Made by a program: the position numbers and the translations under genes
Notes under the pieces: model-generated
The model's input: the letters and a program-made list of their open reading frames with translations, nothing else
The model's database searches: none
Told to the model about the DNA's origin: nothing
Origin: Verrucomicrobiota bacterium
GTDB lineage: Bacteria; Chlamydiota; Chlamydiia; Chlamydiales; SM23-39
Length of the DNA stretch: 64,000 nucleotides
Direction of reading: 5' to 3'
NCBI GenBank assembly: GCA_018239895.1
Contig: JAFEGL010000045.1
Location: forward strand, 72,656 to 136,655
Part shown: positions 35,704 to 46,185 of the stretch, piece after piece
How the letters are laid out: each line of letters opens with the position of its first letter
Numbering within the stretch: the first letter of the stretch is position 1

Positions 35704-37500
35704 ATGCCCAAGTCCCGAAGCGAAATCCCTATCCAAGACCGATGGAATGTGGAGGCGCTCTACCCTTCGCCAGACCTTTGGAAGGTAGATTTTCAAAAAG
35801 CCAGAGGACAGCAAGAGGGACCCAGATGGCCTGATCTAGTCTCTTACAAGGGCAAACTCTCCGATCCCAAAGTTCTTTCGAGTTTTTTTGAGCACTATTT
35901 CAGTCTCGACCGGCATCTTTCAAAACTTTATACCTACGCTCATCTAAAGATGGACGAAGATTTGGGCAACGACGCTGCGAAGCACGATTATGGCTTGATC
36001 ACAACGCTTTTGCACGAATTTGAGTTGGAAAGCTCTTGGATAGAACCTGAACTTCTCTCCCTATCTGAAGATGAGTTTAAACGGCTTACGGCCCACCCCT
36101 CTTTAAAACCGTTTGCTTTCTATCTAGAAAAAATTGGTCGCCGAAAAGCCCATACTCTAAGCCCGGAGCAAGAGGAACTTTTGGCTTTGAGCGGCAAATC
36201 TCTCGACACAACCTACAAAACGTTCGCCGCCTTAACCAACGCCGACATGACCTTCAAACCCGCCCACGATTCCAAAGGGGTTGAACAGCCCCTCTCGAAT
36301 GGGACTTTCACTCTTTACATGAACTCCCCCGATCGTGAGCTAAGAAAAAATGCATTCCTCAATCTCCACAAAGGCTACGAGGGGCTCTCCAATACGCTCT
36401 GCGAATTGTTGCAAGGGCAAGCCGAGGGGCATAGGTACATCGCGAAGGCGAGAAAGTTTTCAAGCTGCGTGGAGGCGGCCCTCTTCGCTCATCGGATCGA
36501 TAAGGAAGTCTACATAAAGTTGATCGAGACGGTCCGCAAACATCTCCCGGCCATGCATCAGTACCTCAAACTTCGAAAAGATGCGATGGGTCTTTCGGAA
36601 ATCCATGCCTATGACCTTTATGTCTCTCTAGTTCCCGAATCGCAGATTGCCATGCCCTATGCCGATGCATGCAAAGCCGTCATCGAGTCGGTCGCTCCTC
36701 TTGGAGCTCAATACCAGGAGGTGTTAAAAGAGGGGTTAGACAAAAACCGCTGGGTTGACGTCTATGAAAATCCTCGAAAGCGTTCGGGAGCCTATTCGAG
36801 CGGATGCTATGATAGCATGCCCTATATCCTCATGAATTATCACGGCACTCTCAAAGATGTCTTCACACTCGCTCACGAAGCGGGTCATAGCATGCACAGC
36901 TTTTTGAGCCGGAAGAACCAACCCTACGTCTATTCCCACTATCCGATATTTGTCGCTGAAGTCGCCTCGACATTCAACGAGCAGCTTCTCCTCAATCATC
37001 TTCTGCAAAAGGCAAAGACGAAGCAGGAGAAAGCGATCCTCATCAATCACCAGCTCGAAGGGATTCGCGGGACAATTTTTCGCCAGACGCTCTTCGCTGA
37101 ATTCGAGCTGCAAATCCACCAGTGGGTCGAAGAGGGGACTCCGCTCACTCCAACTCTTCTTAAAGAGGCCTATCTTAAGCTCGTCAAAGACTACTACGGA
37201 CCCGACTTTACCATCGATCCGGAACTCGGATATGAGTGGGCCCGCATCCCTCACTTCTACTACAACTTCTATGTGTACCAGTACGCGACTGGACTCAGTG
37301 CAGCGATGGCCCTTTTCCAGGGTGCAACCCGATCGCATGAAGCTCGAGACAAATATCTCCAATTCCTCAGCTCAGGCGGAACTCGATTCCCTCTTGATCT
37401 TCTCGAGATCGCAGGGGTTGACATGAAGAGTCCAAAACCAGTTGAAGCGGCAATGGCCCGTTTTCAAGAACTTGTCGCTGAAATGCAAAAACTCCTCTAA
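35704..37500 (+). CDS. pepF: oligoendopeptidase F (M3B metallopeptidase)
   Basis: HEAGHSMH zinc motif. Length ~598 aa from the ATG at 35704; the ORF opens at 35584, but that extension would cover the groES promoter region. Confidence 0.9.
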   Translation: MPKSRSEIPIQDRWNVEALYPSPDLWKVDFQKARGQQEGPRWPDLVSYKGKLSDPKVLSSFFEHYFSLDRHLSKLYTYAHLKMDEDLGNDAAKHDYGLITTLLHEFELESSWIEPELLSLSEDEFKRLTAHPSLKPFAFYLEKIGRRKAHTLSPEQEELLALSGKSLDTTYKTFAALTNADMTFKPAHDSKGVEQPLSNGTFTLYMNSPDRELRKNAFLNLHKGYEGLSNTLCELLQGQAEGHRYIAKARKFSSCVEAALFAHRIDKEVYIKLIETVRKHLPAMHQYLKLRKDAMGLSEIHAYDLYVSLVPESQIAMPYADACKAVIESVAPLGAQYQEVLKEGLDKNRWVDVYENPRKRSGAYSSGCYDSMPYILMNYHGTLKDVFTLAHEAGHSMHSFLSRKNQPYVYSHYPIFVAEVASTFNEQLLLNHLLQKAKTKQEKAILINHQLEGIRGTIFRQTLFAEFELQIHQWVEEGTPLTPTLLKEAYLKLVKDYYGPDFTIDPELGYEWARIPHFYYNFYVYQYATGLSAAMALFQGATRSHEARDKYLQFLSSGGTRFPLDLLEIAGVDMKSPKPVEAAMARFQELVAEMQKLL

Positions 37501-37505
37501 ATTAT

Positions 37506-37531
37506 TCACCCCCTCTTTCCGGAGGGGGTGA
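37506..37531 (+). terminator. GC-rich hairpin after pepF (tcaccccctc / gagggggtga), no downstream T-tract
   Basis: 10-bp perfect stem, 5 nt after the pepF stop. Confidence 0.4.
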
Positions 37532-37582
37532 AAAAATGTTTGCAAATAAAGTCTATTCGCAGTATTCATGCCCTGTTGTCTT

Positions 37583-37861
37583 ATGCACAAACAAGTCAAA
37601 ACTACTTTTGTGATTTTAAACGATAAGGGGCTCCACACACGCCCCTCGACCGAGCTCGTTAAGTGCGCGGCCCGGTTCCATGCGAAAATTTCTCTCTCCT
37701 ACCGCAATCTGACGGTGAATGCGAAGTCGCTTCTCGGGATTTTGATGTTGGCAGCCGAAAGGGGAGCGAAGATCTCGATTTCAGCTGAAGGCTCCGATGC
37801 AGAAGCGGCCGTCGCGACGATCGTGAAATTGTCGCAGAATCGTTTCAATATCAAGTTTTAG
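37583..37861 (+). CDS. ptsH: phosphocarrier protein HPr
   Basis: NDKGLHTRPSTELV (active-site His) and the regulatory Ser context NAKSLLGIL. About 92 aa from the ATG at 37583. Confidence 0.9.
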   Translation: MHKQVKTTFVILNDKGLHTRPSTELVKCAARFHAKISLSYRNLTVNAKSLLGILMLAAERGAKISISAEGSDAEAAVATIVKLSQNRFNIKF

Positions 37862-37900
37862 AAAAGATCAGGCTCAACTCAAAGAGCTTCTTTGGCAGTA

Positions 37901-38590
37901 TTACTTTCCCTTCGATAGCTCTACGCGGCCGTCGGCGTAGCCTGTAAAGACCCGGCCAGCGAGGTTGAAGAAAAAACCCGTCTCGAGGACGCCCGGGATG
38001 TGGATCAGATCTTCGTTGACCTGCTCGGGTAGGTGGGGCGGCGCGTCGAATTCGACGTCGAAAATCAGGTTTCCGTTGTCAGTGATGAAGATGGAGCCGT
38101 CAGAGGTGAGGCGCCAATGACCTTTGTAGCCGAGCTGTTCGATTTTCATCCGAGTCGCTGGGGAACCGTAGAAGAGAACTTCGACGGGGAGCTTGCCGCG
38201 GCCGACGGAGGGGACCCACTTGCTCTCGTCGACGATGATAACGAGTTCGGTGCTTGCGGAGGCGAGAATTTTTTCTCGGAGATGGGCCCCGCCGCCCCCT
38301 TTGATCATCCGCTTCAGCGGGTCGATCTCATCGGCGCCATCGACTGTAAGGTCGATTCTTGGAATGTCGTTGATGTCGGCGACAGTGAGGCCCCCTTTCT
38401 CGGCCAGTTCAGCCGAGCGGCGCGAACTGGAGACAGTTTGGATGGAGAGCCCTTCATTTTGGACTCGATCGATCAAACTCGCGATGAAACATTCGGCGGT
38501 GGAGCCCGATCCGAGACCCACGATCATCCCATTACCAACCAATGAGGCGGCTTTCTTTCCTAAAGCCTTTTTTGCTTCTAAAAGAGACAT
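37901..38590 (-). CDS. rpiA: ribose-5-phosphate isomerase A
   Basis: GLGSGST, DGADEID and KGGGGAHLREK motifs. Confidence 0.92.
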   Translation of the reverse strand: MSLLEAKKALGKKAASLVGNGMIVGLGSGSTAECFIASLIDRVQNEGLSIQTVSSSRRSAELAEKGGLTVADINDIPRIDLTVDGADEIDPLKRMIKGGGGAHLREKILASASTELVIIVDESKWVPSVGRGKLPVEVLFYGSPATRMKIEQLGYKGHWRLTSDGSIFITDNGNLIFDVEFDAPPHLPEQVNEDLIHIPGVLETGFFFNLAGRVFTGYADGRVELSKGK

Positions 38591-38769
38591 GTTATTTAGC
38601 CTTTTTATTTTTTAATATAATCTAGAGATCAAAAAAATTACAGAGTTTTAAGAAGAGCTGTTTTCTGTGGAAACAGGGGATCTCCACATTTTTCCAAGAT
38701 TTCTCTAGTCATTTAAATGAAATTCTTTTAGAGTTCAGAGCTTGAGGTGGAGTAGTCCACGGAGGAATC

Positions 38770-39138
38770 ATGACAGATACAGCTACAAAAAAGAAGCACG
38801 CACCCGAGAGCCATAAGACACGCAAAGCTAGAGAAAAATTATTGGAGACGTTCAAAAAGCAGGACGCTCAGATCACTCATGAAGCCCTCCAGGCAACCTT
38901 AGAGAAAATCCATCAGTGGATCTCCGATCACAACGACAGCCGCGTCACCATCAAGGGGAAACCAATCCGTCTTTTCGCCCAAAACCAAAACGCAGCCGAG
39001 ACCAGCAAAAAGGTGAAGGAATTCGCCCAGATGCTCCAACAGTCCCACGCGATTTCAAATAATCCTTTCGCGGCCGAAAAAAAGCCAGAAAAACTCCTCG
39101 ATCCGAGCAAACTTTTGGGAGCTGCGGCCCATTCTTAG
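38770..39138 (+). CDS. hypothetical basic/helical protein
   Basis: 122-aa ORF with a Lys-rich N-terminus. GGAGG lies upstream of the ATG. Confidence 0.55.
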   Translation: MTDTATKKKHAPESHKTRKAREKLLETFKKQDAQITHEALQATLEKIHQWISDHNDSRVTIKGKPIRLFAQNQNAAETSKKVKEFAQMLQQSHAISNNPFAAEKKPEKLLDPSKLLGAAAHS

Positions 39139-39177
39139 AGATTGTTCTAAAAAAGAGAATGGTCTATCCTTTCTCTT

Positions 39178-40440
39178 ATGAAAAAGAATCTCATCGATTG
39201 CTTAGTAGAGCGCGGTTTTGTCGACCAAATAACGTCGGAAGATCTCAAGACTCACCTCGATACCCCCCGCAAAGTCTACGCTGGCTTCGATCCGACGGCC
39301 GATAGCCTCCACTTAGGCAATCTCATCCCTGTGATGGGGCTTGCCTGGTTCCAAAAGTTCGGCCACACTCCCGTCGCCATCGTGGGCGGAGGGACTGGCC
39401 GCATCGGCGACCCTTCCGGGAAAAGCAACGAAAGACCTCTTTTGAGCGATGAGATTCTCGACCACAACGTTCGCTGTTTGGAGCAGTTCTTCCATAAAAT
39501 CTTACCGGCAAAAAATCCGAAGCCGATGGTGATCAACAACAACGATTGGCTTGGCAAGTTTTCTTTGATCGGTTTCTTGCGCGATGTAGCAAAATTGTTC
39601 CGCGTAGGTCCCATGTTGGCCAAAGAGAGCGTCCGCGCCCGAATCCAATCGGAAGAGGGGATGAGCTTCACCGAGTTCAGCTACCAGATCATGCAAGCCT
39701 ACGACTTTGCCCACTTGAACCAGAAATATGGCGTCACGATCCAGTTGGGAGCGAGCGATCAGTGGGGGAACATCACCGCAGGCACCGAATATAATCGGAA
39801 GATCGGCGGCGAAACGATTTATGGACTTACTTTCCCACTCCTCACCCGTTCCGACGGGAAAAAATTCGGCAAATCGGAAGAGGGGGCCATTTGGCTTTCG
39901 GCCAATAAATTGTCTCCCTACCAATTTTACCAGCACTTGGTCAGATTCCCTGACGCAGATGTGATCAAGATGTTGAAGATGCTGACCTTTTTGGATATGG
40001 AAGAGATCCGGGAGATCGAGCGGCAGATGCCGACCGCGGAGCCGAACTTCGCCCAAAAGCGGCTCGCTAAAGAGGTGACTCTTTTCGTCCACGGCGAAGA
40101 GGGGCTAGAGGCGGCTCTTCGAGTCACGGAGGGGATCGCGCCAGGCTCGGAAGCTAAGCTCACCGGCTCTGTCTTGCGCGAACTTGCGTCCGATATGCCC
40201 CACGCTAAATTTCTCTCCGACGATGCAGTCGGTCAAAAGTATGTCGATCTCGTTGTCAAAGCGGGGCTCCTTCCGAGTAAATCAGAAGCAGTCCGCCTCA
40301 TCAAAAATGGGGGCGCTTATCTCAACAACGAAAAAATCACAGATCCAGCCTACATGATCTCAACGGCAGATCTCATCGATGGATCCTTCCTTTTGCTCAG
40401 CGCGGGCAAGAAGAAACGGATGCTAATTTCTGTAGTCTGA
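39178..40440 (+). CDS. tyrS: tyrosine--tRNA ligase
   Basis: HIGH-type motif DSLHLGNL, KMSKS-type motif KFGKS, and a C-terminal S4 domain. Confidence 0.95.
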   Translation: MKKNLIDCLVERGFVDQITSEDLKTHLDTPRKVYAGFDPTADSLHLGNLIPVMGLAWFQKFGHTPVAIVGGGTGRIGDPSGKSNERPLLSDEILDHNVRCLEQFFHKILPAKNPKPMVINNNDWLGKFSLIGFLRDVAKLFRVGPMLAKESVRARIQSEEGMSFTEFSYQIMQAYDFAHLNQKYGVTIQLGASDQWGNITAGTEYNRKIGGETIYGLTFPLLTRSDGKKFGKSEEGAIWLSANKLSPYQFYQHLVRFPDADVIKMLKMLTFLDMEEIREIERQMPTAEPNFAQKRLAKEVTLFVHGEEGLEAALRVTEGIAPGSEAKLTGSVLRELASDMPHAKFLSDDAVGQKYVDLVVKAGLLPSKSEAVRLIKNGGAYLNNEKITDPAYMISTADLIDGSFLLLSAGKKKRMLISVV

Positions 40441-40682
40441 GATCACTCTTCGCAAAAAACAAATGTTGAATCTTTCAATTTTATTTTGAAAAATATTCTC
40501 GAATCGCTATTTTGAACTCGTGAACCCCTTTACTTGGAATTTGATAGGAAAGGGATAAATTTAAACCTGTTCATCGCCTAAATCTGGCTTTTAGGTGAGG
40601 TTTAAAGAAGGAGACAAACAACTTGTCTGAAAATGCTACAGATAAGAAAATCATCAATCCAAGCCAAATAAGGAGCCCTGAC

Positions 40683-40967
40683 ATGGCTACGATCACTAAG
40701 AAGAAGCTAATCCACAATATATCTCAAACAAAGGGATTGCATCCGAATGACGTCCGCAATGTCATCCAGGCTTTTTTAGATGCTATGACTGATACTTTGT
40801 CGCATGGGGATCGTTTAGAGTTCCGCGATTTCGGGGTATTTGAAGTTGTTGAGCGGAAGCAAAAAATCGGACGCAATCCGAAAAATGCCCATGTACCGAT
40901 CGTGATTCCAGCGCGTAAAGCGGTGAAATTCACGCCTGGCAAAAAAATGAAAAAATTGATCGAGTAA
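40683..40967 (+). CDS. himA: HU/IHF-family DNA-binding protein
   Basis: FGVFEVVERKQKIGRNPKNAHVPIVIPARKAVKFTPGK (the arm signature of the HU/IHF family). The ATG at 40683 gives the usual ~94 aa. Confidence 0.88.
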   Translation: MATITKKKLIHNISQTKGLHPNDVRNVIQAFLDAMTDTLSHGDRLEFRDFGVFEVVERKQKIGRNPKNAHVPIVIPARKAVKFTPGKKMKKLIE

Positions 40968-40976
40968 ACTGCAGAC

Positions 40977-42218
40977 ATGGATTCTTCGCTTGCTTCCAGT
41001 CCTCCATTAGATGGGGAAATAAAAGAGAATCCCTGGAGCAGTATTGTGCAAGCATCAGCTCCGGGGGCTGAAGAATTTCAGCTCCCTGACGTTGATTTAA
41101 GAAATCCGCTCGATCATTACCGGCAGCTCCGAACTTTGTGGGCCCTTTCAACAAAGGGAGATGTTCGGGACGAGGCTGTCCAAAAACTTCTAAGACACCC
41201 CATCGGCGCCACATTTCAGCCATCTGAAGCGATCGCTGAGCTTTTAAAACCCACTTCCACTTTAGCCCCGACTCAATCCGATTCGGGCGCAGCTCTCTGT
41301 GAAAAGGGGCTCTCTTGGCCTGAGGGGAAACTTCCGCTTCTCCCTGAGCTTTGCCAATTGTCTCTGCTCTGGGCTTTGAACGGGAAAATGGAAGCGTCGA
41401 AAAAATTAGCCCAGTGGCTCCTCCCACTTCTAGAGTTCAAAACCCTTTGGACGTCGGAAAGGTCCTACGATGAGAGAGAGTTTTATCTATCGGCCTATTT
41501 GCTCTATTCTTATGCCGGTGTGAAAGAAAAAGCCTCCCATTGTTTATCTGAGGCAAAAATTTCCTCTCAACCTGTCGATCCTTTCTTCCTTGTGCTGGAA
41601 GAAAAACTCGCCGAACTAAAACCGTTTGAAGAGCGGATGGATCAAAACCTGGACCCCGAATTGGGACTTTGGACCTATTCGCAAGGGGGCCTCAAAGGGT
41701 CTATTGCCCTTTCTGGCTGGAATACGCCCCTTGGATCGTTCAAAAAGGGGGCTGTTGAAATCCCAGCCTTGGGACCTCAGGGGTATCCATTGACCGATTC
41801 AAAAAGCTTTGGCCTCTCCGGTTTTCACGCCGCCCAGAAACTCGATTGGGCCGGAATCCGCGGGTGGACTCAGTGTCTAGCTCAAAAAGATCTCTGGCTG
41901 GAAGCGGCTGTGGAAGGGGGGCGGATCGACGTCCGCTTCATGGGGCTCTCTACAGAGAAAAAGATCGCATTTGTTTTCTATCTCAAAGCAGAAGAGGCGC
42001 AAATTCAAGAGACGATTTTCAAGCCGAGGAGTTTGGAGCGTTTCAACGGACTTGCGAAGGCGATCCGCTTCAACAAGGCCTTTTCGATCGAATGCCCCTC
42101 CCCCCGAAAGATGGAGCTGATTCCTCTAGCGGGTGAAGGGTGTTTTTGGGGCGCCAATTTCCTGTTGGCCTTCGAGATGAACCCCTTCGAGCCTACAGTT
42201 TCGTTCCGCCTAATTTAA
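40977..42218 (+). CDS. hypothetical protein (413 aa)
   Basis: Long ORF with coding-like composition. No motif recognised. Confidence 0.6.
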   Translation: MDSSLASSPPLDGEIKENPWSSIVQASAPGAEEFQLPDVDLRNPLDHYRQLRTLWALSTKGDVRDEAVQKLLRHPIGATFQPSEAIAELLKPTSTLAPTQSDSGAALCEKGLSWPEGKLPLLPELCQLSLLWALNGKMEASKKLAQWLLPLLEFKTLWTSERSYDEREFYLSAYLLYSYAGVKEKASHCLSEAKISSQPVDPFFLVLEEKLAELKPFEERMDQNLDPELGLWTYSQGGLKGSIALSGWNTPLGSFKKGAVEIPALGPQGYPLTDSKSFGLSGFHAAQKLDWAGIRGWTQCLAQKDLWLEAAVEGGRIDVRFMGLSTEKKIAFVFYLKAEEAQIQETIFKPRSLERFNGLAKAIRFNKAFSIECPSPRKMELIPLAGEGCFWGANFLLAFEMNPFEPTVSFRLI

Positions 42219-43001
42219 AAGGGCTGGAGCGTTCTGTTTATACCGTTTTTCAATCGTTTGAACTTCTAGTTCGTGTCTCGTTTTTTCTACAGCTAATTCC
42301 TGATCGTAAGAAGCCTGCTGAGCCTGTTGTCTTTCCCGGGTGGTCGCCCTCATCTCTCTCATGAATTGAGCGATATTGAGGCAATCGAAGCAGGAAGGGC
42401 CCTTTTGAATCATCTCTGTACGTCCCAGGTATTTGCGATGGATTTGGCTCTCATTATCTCGGTTCAACTCCATTTCAGAGTTCAAAGCGGCTTTTTCTTG
42501 AAGAGCGTAATCGACCCAAGCTTGAGGTGCGATGTTATATTTGCCAAAATTTTTGATCTGAGAGCCGATAAACCAGCATAAATCCGCTTTGCGGTAGTGG
42601 GCCTTGCATTTTTCCTGGAGAGCTTCTAGGGATAAATCGGTTCCCGGTTCGTTGAAAATATACTCTGTGACAGTCTGAGCTGAATGAGACGTCATAATAG
42701 AGAGGAAGTCGTTGTTTCGGGCTTTATCTTTCATCTCGGCGAGCTTTTTCGGGTCATCGTAGTGTTTTTGTGCCGCAAGGAAGATGATAATAGCTCCAAA
42801 TGAGATCATGAAGGGTGTGGCCCATACCGCTGCCGTTGCTATGATCTTTGCGGAAATAAGGCCTATCAGCAGAGCTGCTGTCCCAAGGATGAGAATCCCG
42901 ATCGCAAGGTTGGTGATTCTGGCAATTTTTTCAGAGCCCCAATAGGCTTTTTCGAAAATATGGGGTTGAACTCTCTCTGGATTTGCGCTAGCAACGTGCA
43001 T
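42210..43001 (-). CDS. Inc-like membrane protein, paralog 2
   Basis: Bilobed hydrophobic domain (ILILGTAALLIGLISAKIIATAAVWATPFMISFGAIIIFLAA). Shares YIFNEPGTDLSLEALQEKCKA and the C-terminal TRHELEVQTIEKRYKQN with the upstream gene. Confidence 0.7.
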   Translation of the reverse strand: MHVASANPERVQPHIFEKAYWGSEKIARITNLAIGILILGTAALLIGLISAKIIATAAVWATPFMISFGAIIIFLAAQKHYDDPKKLAEMKDKARNNDFLSIMTSHSAQTVTEYIFNEPGTDLSLEALQEKCKAHYRKADLCWFIGSQIKNFGKYNIAPQAWVDYALQEKAALNSEMELNRDNESQIHRKYLGRTEMIQKGPSCFDCLNIAQFMREMRATTRERQQAQQASYDQELAVEKTRHELEVQTIEKRYKQNAPALLN

Positions 43002-43010
43002 ATTAATTCC

Positions 43011-43913
43011 TTAATTTAAATATTGAACTGAATTTTGGTTATAGCGGTCATAGATCCCGCGAATCTCTTGGCCGTGTCTGGTGTTTTCAGCCGCCATCTC
43101 GCCGTTATAGCGCCGTTGTTGGTCTCTTGCGCTCTCAGTGTTCCCCGCGAAATAACCGATCGCAGAGGCGCCAGCGTCGATTGCTGCGTGGGTGAAAAAG
43201 TTGTTTCTGGCTCTATTTCTGTCAGTATTTCCAAGTTGGCTGAGAGAATAGGCAAAGTGGACTTGGCCAGCGAGTCTTCGGGTCTGTCTTTCGATTCTAT
43301 CTGTTCGGCCAGGATATTCTCTATCGATCCGATCGGAAGCTTGGCTGTGAGCGGCCCTTTCTTGGTTCAGAAGTTGAGTCTCTTGCGTTGTATATTCGAC
43401 CCAAGCGTGAGGGGCGATTCCCAACGCATCGAGTTCGCCGATGTTGTACCGGTAGGTGGCGCTCTCCAAAGTGAGGCGGCGCGCTTCAGCTTTAAATTTA
43501 TTTTGAAGAGATTCGTGAGAGAGGTCTGTTCCTGGTTCATTAAAAATATGATTGATGAGGTTCCGAGGGCCGTGGGCTTTGTATAATTGATGAAAATTTT
43601 GATTGAGGGCTTTTTCTTTCATTTGGGCCACCTCTTTCGGATCTTCATAATCTTTTCTTGTAGCTGCGTACCAGATGGCTCCGCCGCCGATGAGGGCTAA
43701 GGCGATGATGGGGACAGCGACCCAGCCTACCGGAGAGGCGATGAATCCTGCGGCGGCGACGCCGATGAGAACTGCGGCTCCGATGAGAGCTATCGCGGCT
43801 AGAGCGCCTGCGACGGCTCTTTGGATCCTCACTTTAGTCAGGCAAGTTGCTGCAGAGAGATTTGCCCCTTCAACAGGTTGATACAAATTTGAATTTGGTT
43901 CGGCTCTCTGCAT
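43011..43913 (-). CDS. Inc-like membrane protein, paralog 1
   Basis: Bilobed hydrophobic domain (ALAAIALIGAAVLIGVAAAGFIASPVGWVAVPIIALALIGGGAIWY). Contains HIFNEPGTDLSHESLQNKFKA and TRHGQEIRGIYDRYNQN. Confidence 0.7.
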   Translation of the reverse strand: MQRAEPNSNLYQPVEGANLSAATCLTKVRIQRAVAGALAAIALIGAAVLIGVAAAGFIASPVGWVAVPIIALALIGGGAIWYAATRKDYEDPKEVAQMKEKALNQNFHQLYKAHGPRNLINHIFNEPGTDLSHESLQNKFKAEARRLTLESATYRYNIGELDALGIAPHAWVEYTTQETQLLNQERAAHSQASDRIDREYPGRTDRIERQTRRLAGQVHFAYSLSQLGNTDRNRARNNFFTHAAIDAGASAIGYFAGNTESARDQQRRYNGEMAAENTRHGQEIRGIYDRYNQNSVQYLN

Positions 43914-44073
43914 AATAATATCCTGTTTAAAAACTGCGCCTATATTTTAATCAGAAATTATCATTTTTTTAAATGATATTAATTCATATTTTTTTCTTAC
44001 CTGTTTTCCAATTCTTGCCAAATAGTCACATTTGGGGGATAATACAAGTCTTTAGAGAATTGAGGATTTCTTC

Positions 44074-45060
44074 GTGTCTGCAGCAAGAAATTTTTTATTA
44101 GGTACAGTCGTGTTATTCTCCGTGATCGGGGGAATTTCCTACATTAAGAAAAAAAAGATCCGAGTCGAGCCGCCGATGATTGCCCAAAATCCAATCGTCG
44201 AGATCGCTTTAACTCCGCCGCCAGCTCCCGTCAAACCGCCGGAAGCGAAGCCGAAAGCGGCGCCATTGCCGCAGCCTGTCGCTGTGACTGAAGACATTCC
44301 CGAAGTAAACCGGATCTCTCAACTCTTTACACTCGACTCTTCTAAACTTCCGATTGTCGAAACCGTCTCCTACACGAGCCGAGTACCTTGGCTCAAAGAT
44401 CGTCCAGCCTGGATTGCCGACTATGCGAGCCACTATGAGACCTCGCGCCATTTCATCGCCCGGAGCCTGAACAAGAAAGCTGACTACCTCACTCAGAAAA
44501 TTTCTCCAGGCGACCGATTCAACGTGTTCAAACGGGATAAAAATATCAGCTTTCATCTCTTAATCGACCTGACCCGGTGTTGTCTTTGGCTCTACGCCAT
44601 CGACTCAGATGCCAATGAGCGGTATCTCCTTAAAACCTACCATGTGGGTGTAGGCAGATCCGATCCGACGAAAACCTCTGGATTCCTCACTCCGACCGGT
44701 AAGTACCAGCTCGGGGAGAAAGTCGCAATCTACAAACCCGGTACGCAAGGTTACTTCCAAGATCAAAAAACAGAGATGATCCGCGTTTTCGGTACCCGCT
44801 GGATCCCATTCGATAAAGAAGTCGAAGGGTGTACCGAACCATCGAAGGGCTTTGGACTTCACGGCGCTCCTTGGGTTCAAGACAACTCGGGGCAGCTCGT
44901 CGAAGATAAATCGAAGATTGGAAAGTACGACAGCGACGGATGCATCCGCCTCGCTTCAGAAGATATCGAAGAGATTTTTGCGATTGTGATCACGAAGCCC
45001 ACCATCGTGGAACTGGTCAAAGACTTCCGCCAGGCAAAACTTCCAGGAGTTGAACGATGA
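44074..45060 (+). CDS. L,D-transpeptidase (YkuD domain) with an N-terminal TM anchor and a Pro-rich linker
   Basis: GLHGAPW...SDGCIRL catalytic His/Cys motif. GTG start. The linker is [21 protein letters not shown]. Confidence 0.8.
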   Translation: MSAARNFLLGTVVLFSVIGGISYIKKKKIRVEPPMIAQNPIVEIALTPPPAPVKPPEAKPKAAPLPQPVAVTEDIPEVNRISQLFTLDSSKLPIVETVSYTSRVPWLKDRPAWIADYASHYETSRHFIARSLNKKADYLTQKISPGDRFNVFKRDKNISFHLLIDLTRCCLWLYAIDSDANERYLLKTYHVGVGRSDPTKTSGFLTPTGKYQLGEKVAIYKPGTQGYFQDQKTEMIRVFGTRWIPFDKEVEGCTEPSKGFGLHGAPWVQDNSGQLVEDKSKIGKYDSDGCIRLASEDIEEIFAIVITKPTIVELVKDFRQAKLPGVER

Positions 45061-46022
45061 CCGTCCTGGCCCACGAAAAGCAGATTGTAGAGTATGAGCA
45101 GACCCTCCAGCAGCTGAAGGAGCAGAACAAGAACCATCCTCTCTTGACGCCCGATGAGCTGAACAAGATGGAGAAGAACCTCGAGCTGATGAAGAAGACC
45201 GTCTATTCTCAGCTAAAACCGTGGGACCGGGTCTCGATCTGCCGCCATCCGCAAAGACCCCACGCTATCGATTACATCCAGAACCTCGCTGAAGAATTCG
45301 TCGAGCTTTTTGGAGACCGATCGTTCCAAGACGACCATGCGATCATCGCAGGTCTGGCCAAGATCGGCGGCCAGAAGTTCGTCGTCATCGGCCAAGAGAA
45401 GGGGAACGACACCGAAAGCCGGATCTACCGAAATTTCGGGATGCCCCATCCGGAAGGTTACAGAAAAGCGATGCGCTGCATGCGACTCGCGGCAAAATTC
45501 CAACTTCCCGTCATCACACTGCTCGATACGCCGGGCGCCTACCCTGGACTTACGGCAGAAGAGCGGGGGCAAGGCTGGGCGATTGCCAACAATCTTTGGG
45601 AAATGGCTCGTTTGCCTACACCGATTCTCGTCATCCTCATCGGCGAAGGCTGCTCGGGCGGAGCCCTCGGCATCGGCGTCGGCGACGTGATTGCGATGCT
45701 CCAGCACTCCTACTACTCGGTGATCTCTCCCGAAGGATGCTCTTCGATCCTTTGGAAAGACGCCTCTAAAAATGCCACGGCTGCAGCAGCTCTCAAGATG
45801 CACGCCGAAGACCTCCTCGAACTCGGGATTGTCGACCAAGTCATCCCCGAACCACTTGGCGGCGCCCACCATGACCCGAAAGAGACCTACGAGAACGTCC
45901 GTTCTTTCATCCTAGAACAGTGGGAAGCTCTCAAAACAATTCCTACCGAACTTCTCTTAGAAAATCGGTATCAAAAGTTCCGCAAAATGGGCAAATTCGA
46001 AACCCAAACCTCTCCCACCTAA
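45057..46022 (+). CDS. accA: acetyl-CoA carboxylase carboxyltransferase subunit alpha
   Basis: [20 protein letters not shown] and VISPEGC motifs. 4-nt overlap with the upstream gene. Confidence 0.93.
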   Translation: MTVLAHEKQIVEYEQTLQQLKEQNKNHPLLTPDELNKMEKNLELMKKTVYSQLKPWDRVSICRHPQRPHAIDYIQNLAEEFVELFGDRSFQDDHAIIAGLAKIGGQKFVVIGQEKGNDTESRIYRNFGMPHPEGYRKAMRCMRLAAKFQLPVITLLDTPGAYPGLTAEERGQGWAIANNLWEMARLPTPILVILIGEGCSGGALGIGVGDVIAMLQHSYYSVISPEGCSSILWKDASKNATAAAALKMHAEDLLELGIVDQVIPEPLGGAHHDPKETYENVRSFILEQWEALKTIPTELLLENRYQKFRKMGKFETQTSPT

Positions 46023-46185
46023 AAAAGCTTCTTTCCTCTGCAATACCTAACGCATCCCAAGATGTGGTGGCGTTGCAGGGGAAACCCACGTTGCCTCTTT
46101 CGGGGAGATAGAAATTGCATTTATGTTTCTCTTGTGGAAAGAAATCCGCTATGCTGTGAAAATAGTATGGAAATACAAGTGATTC

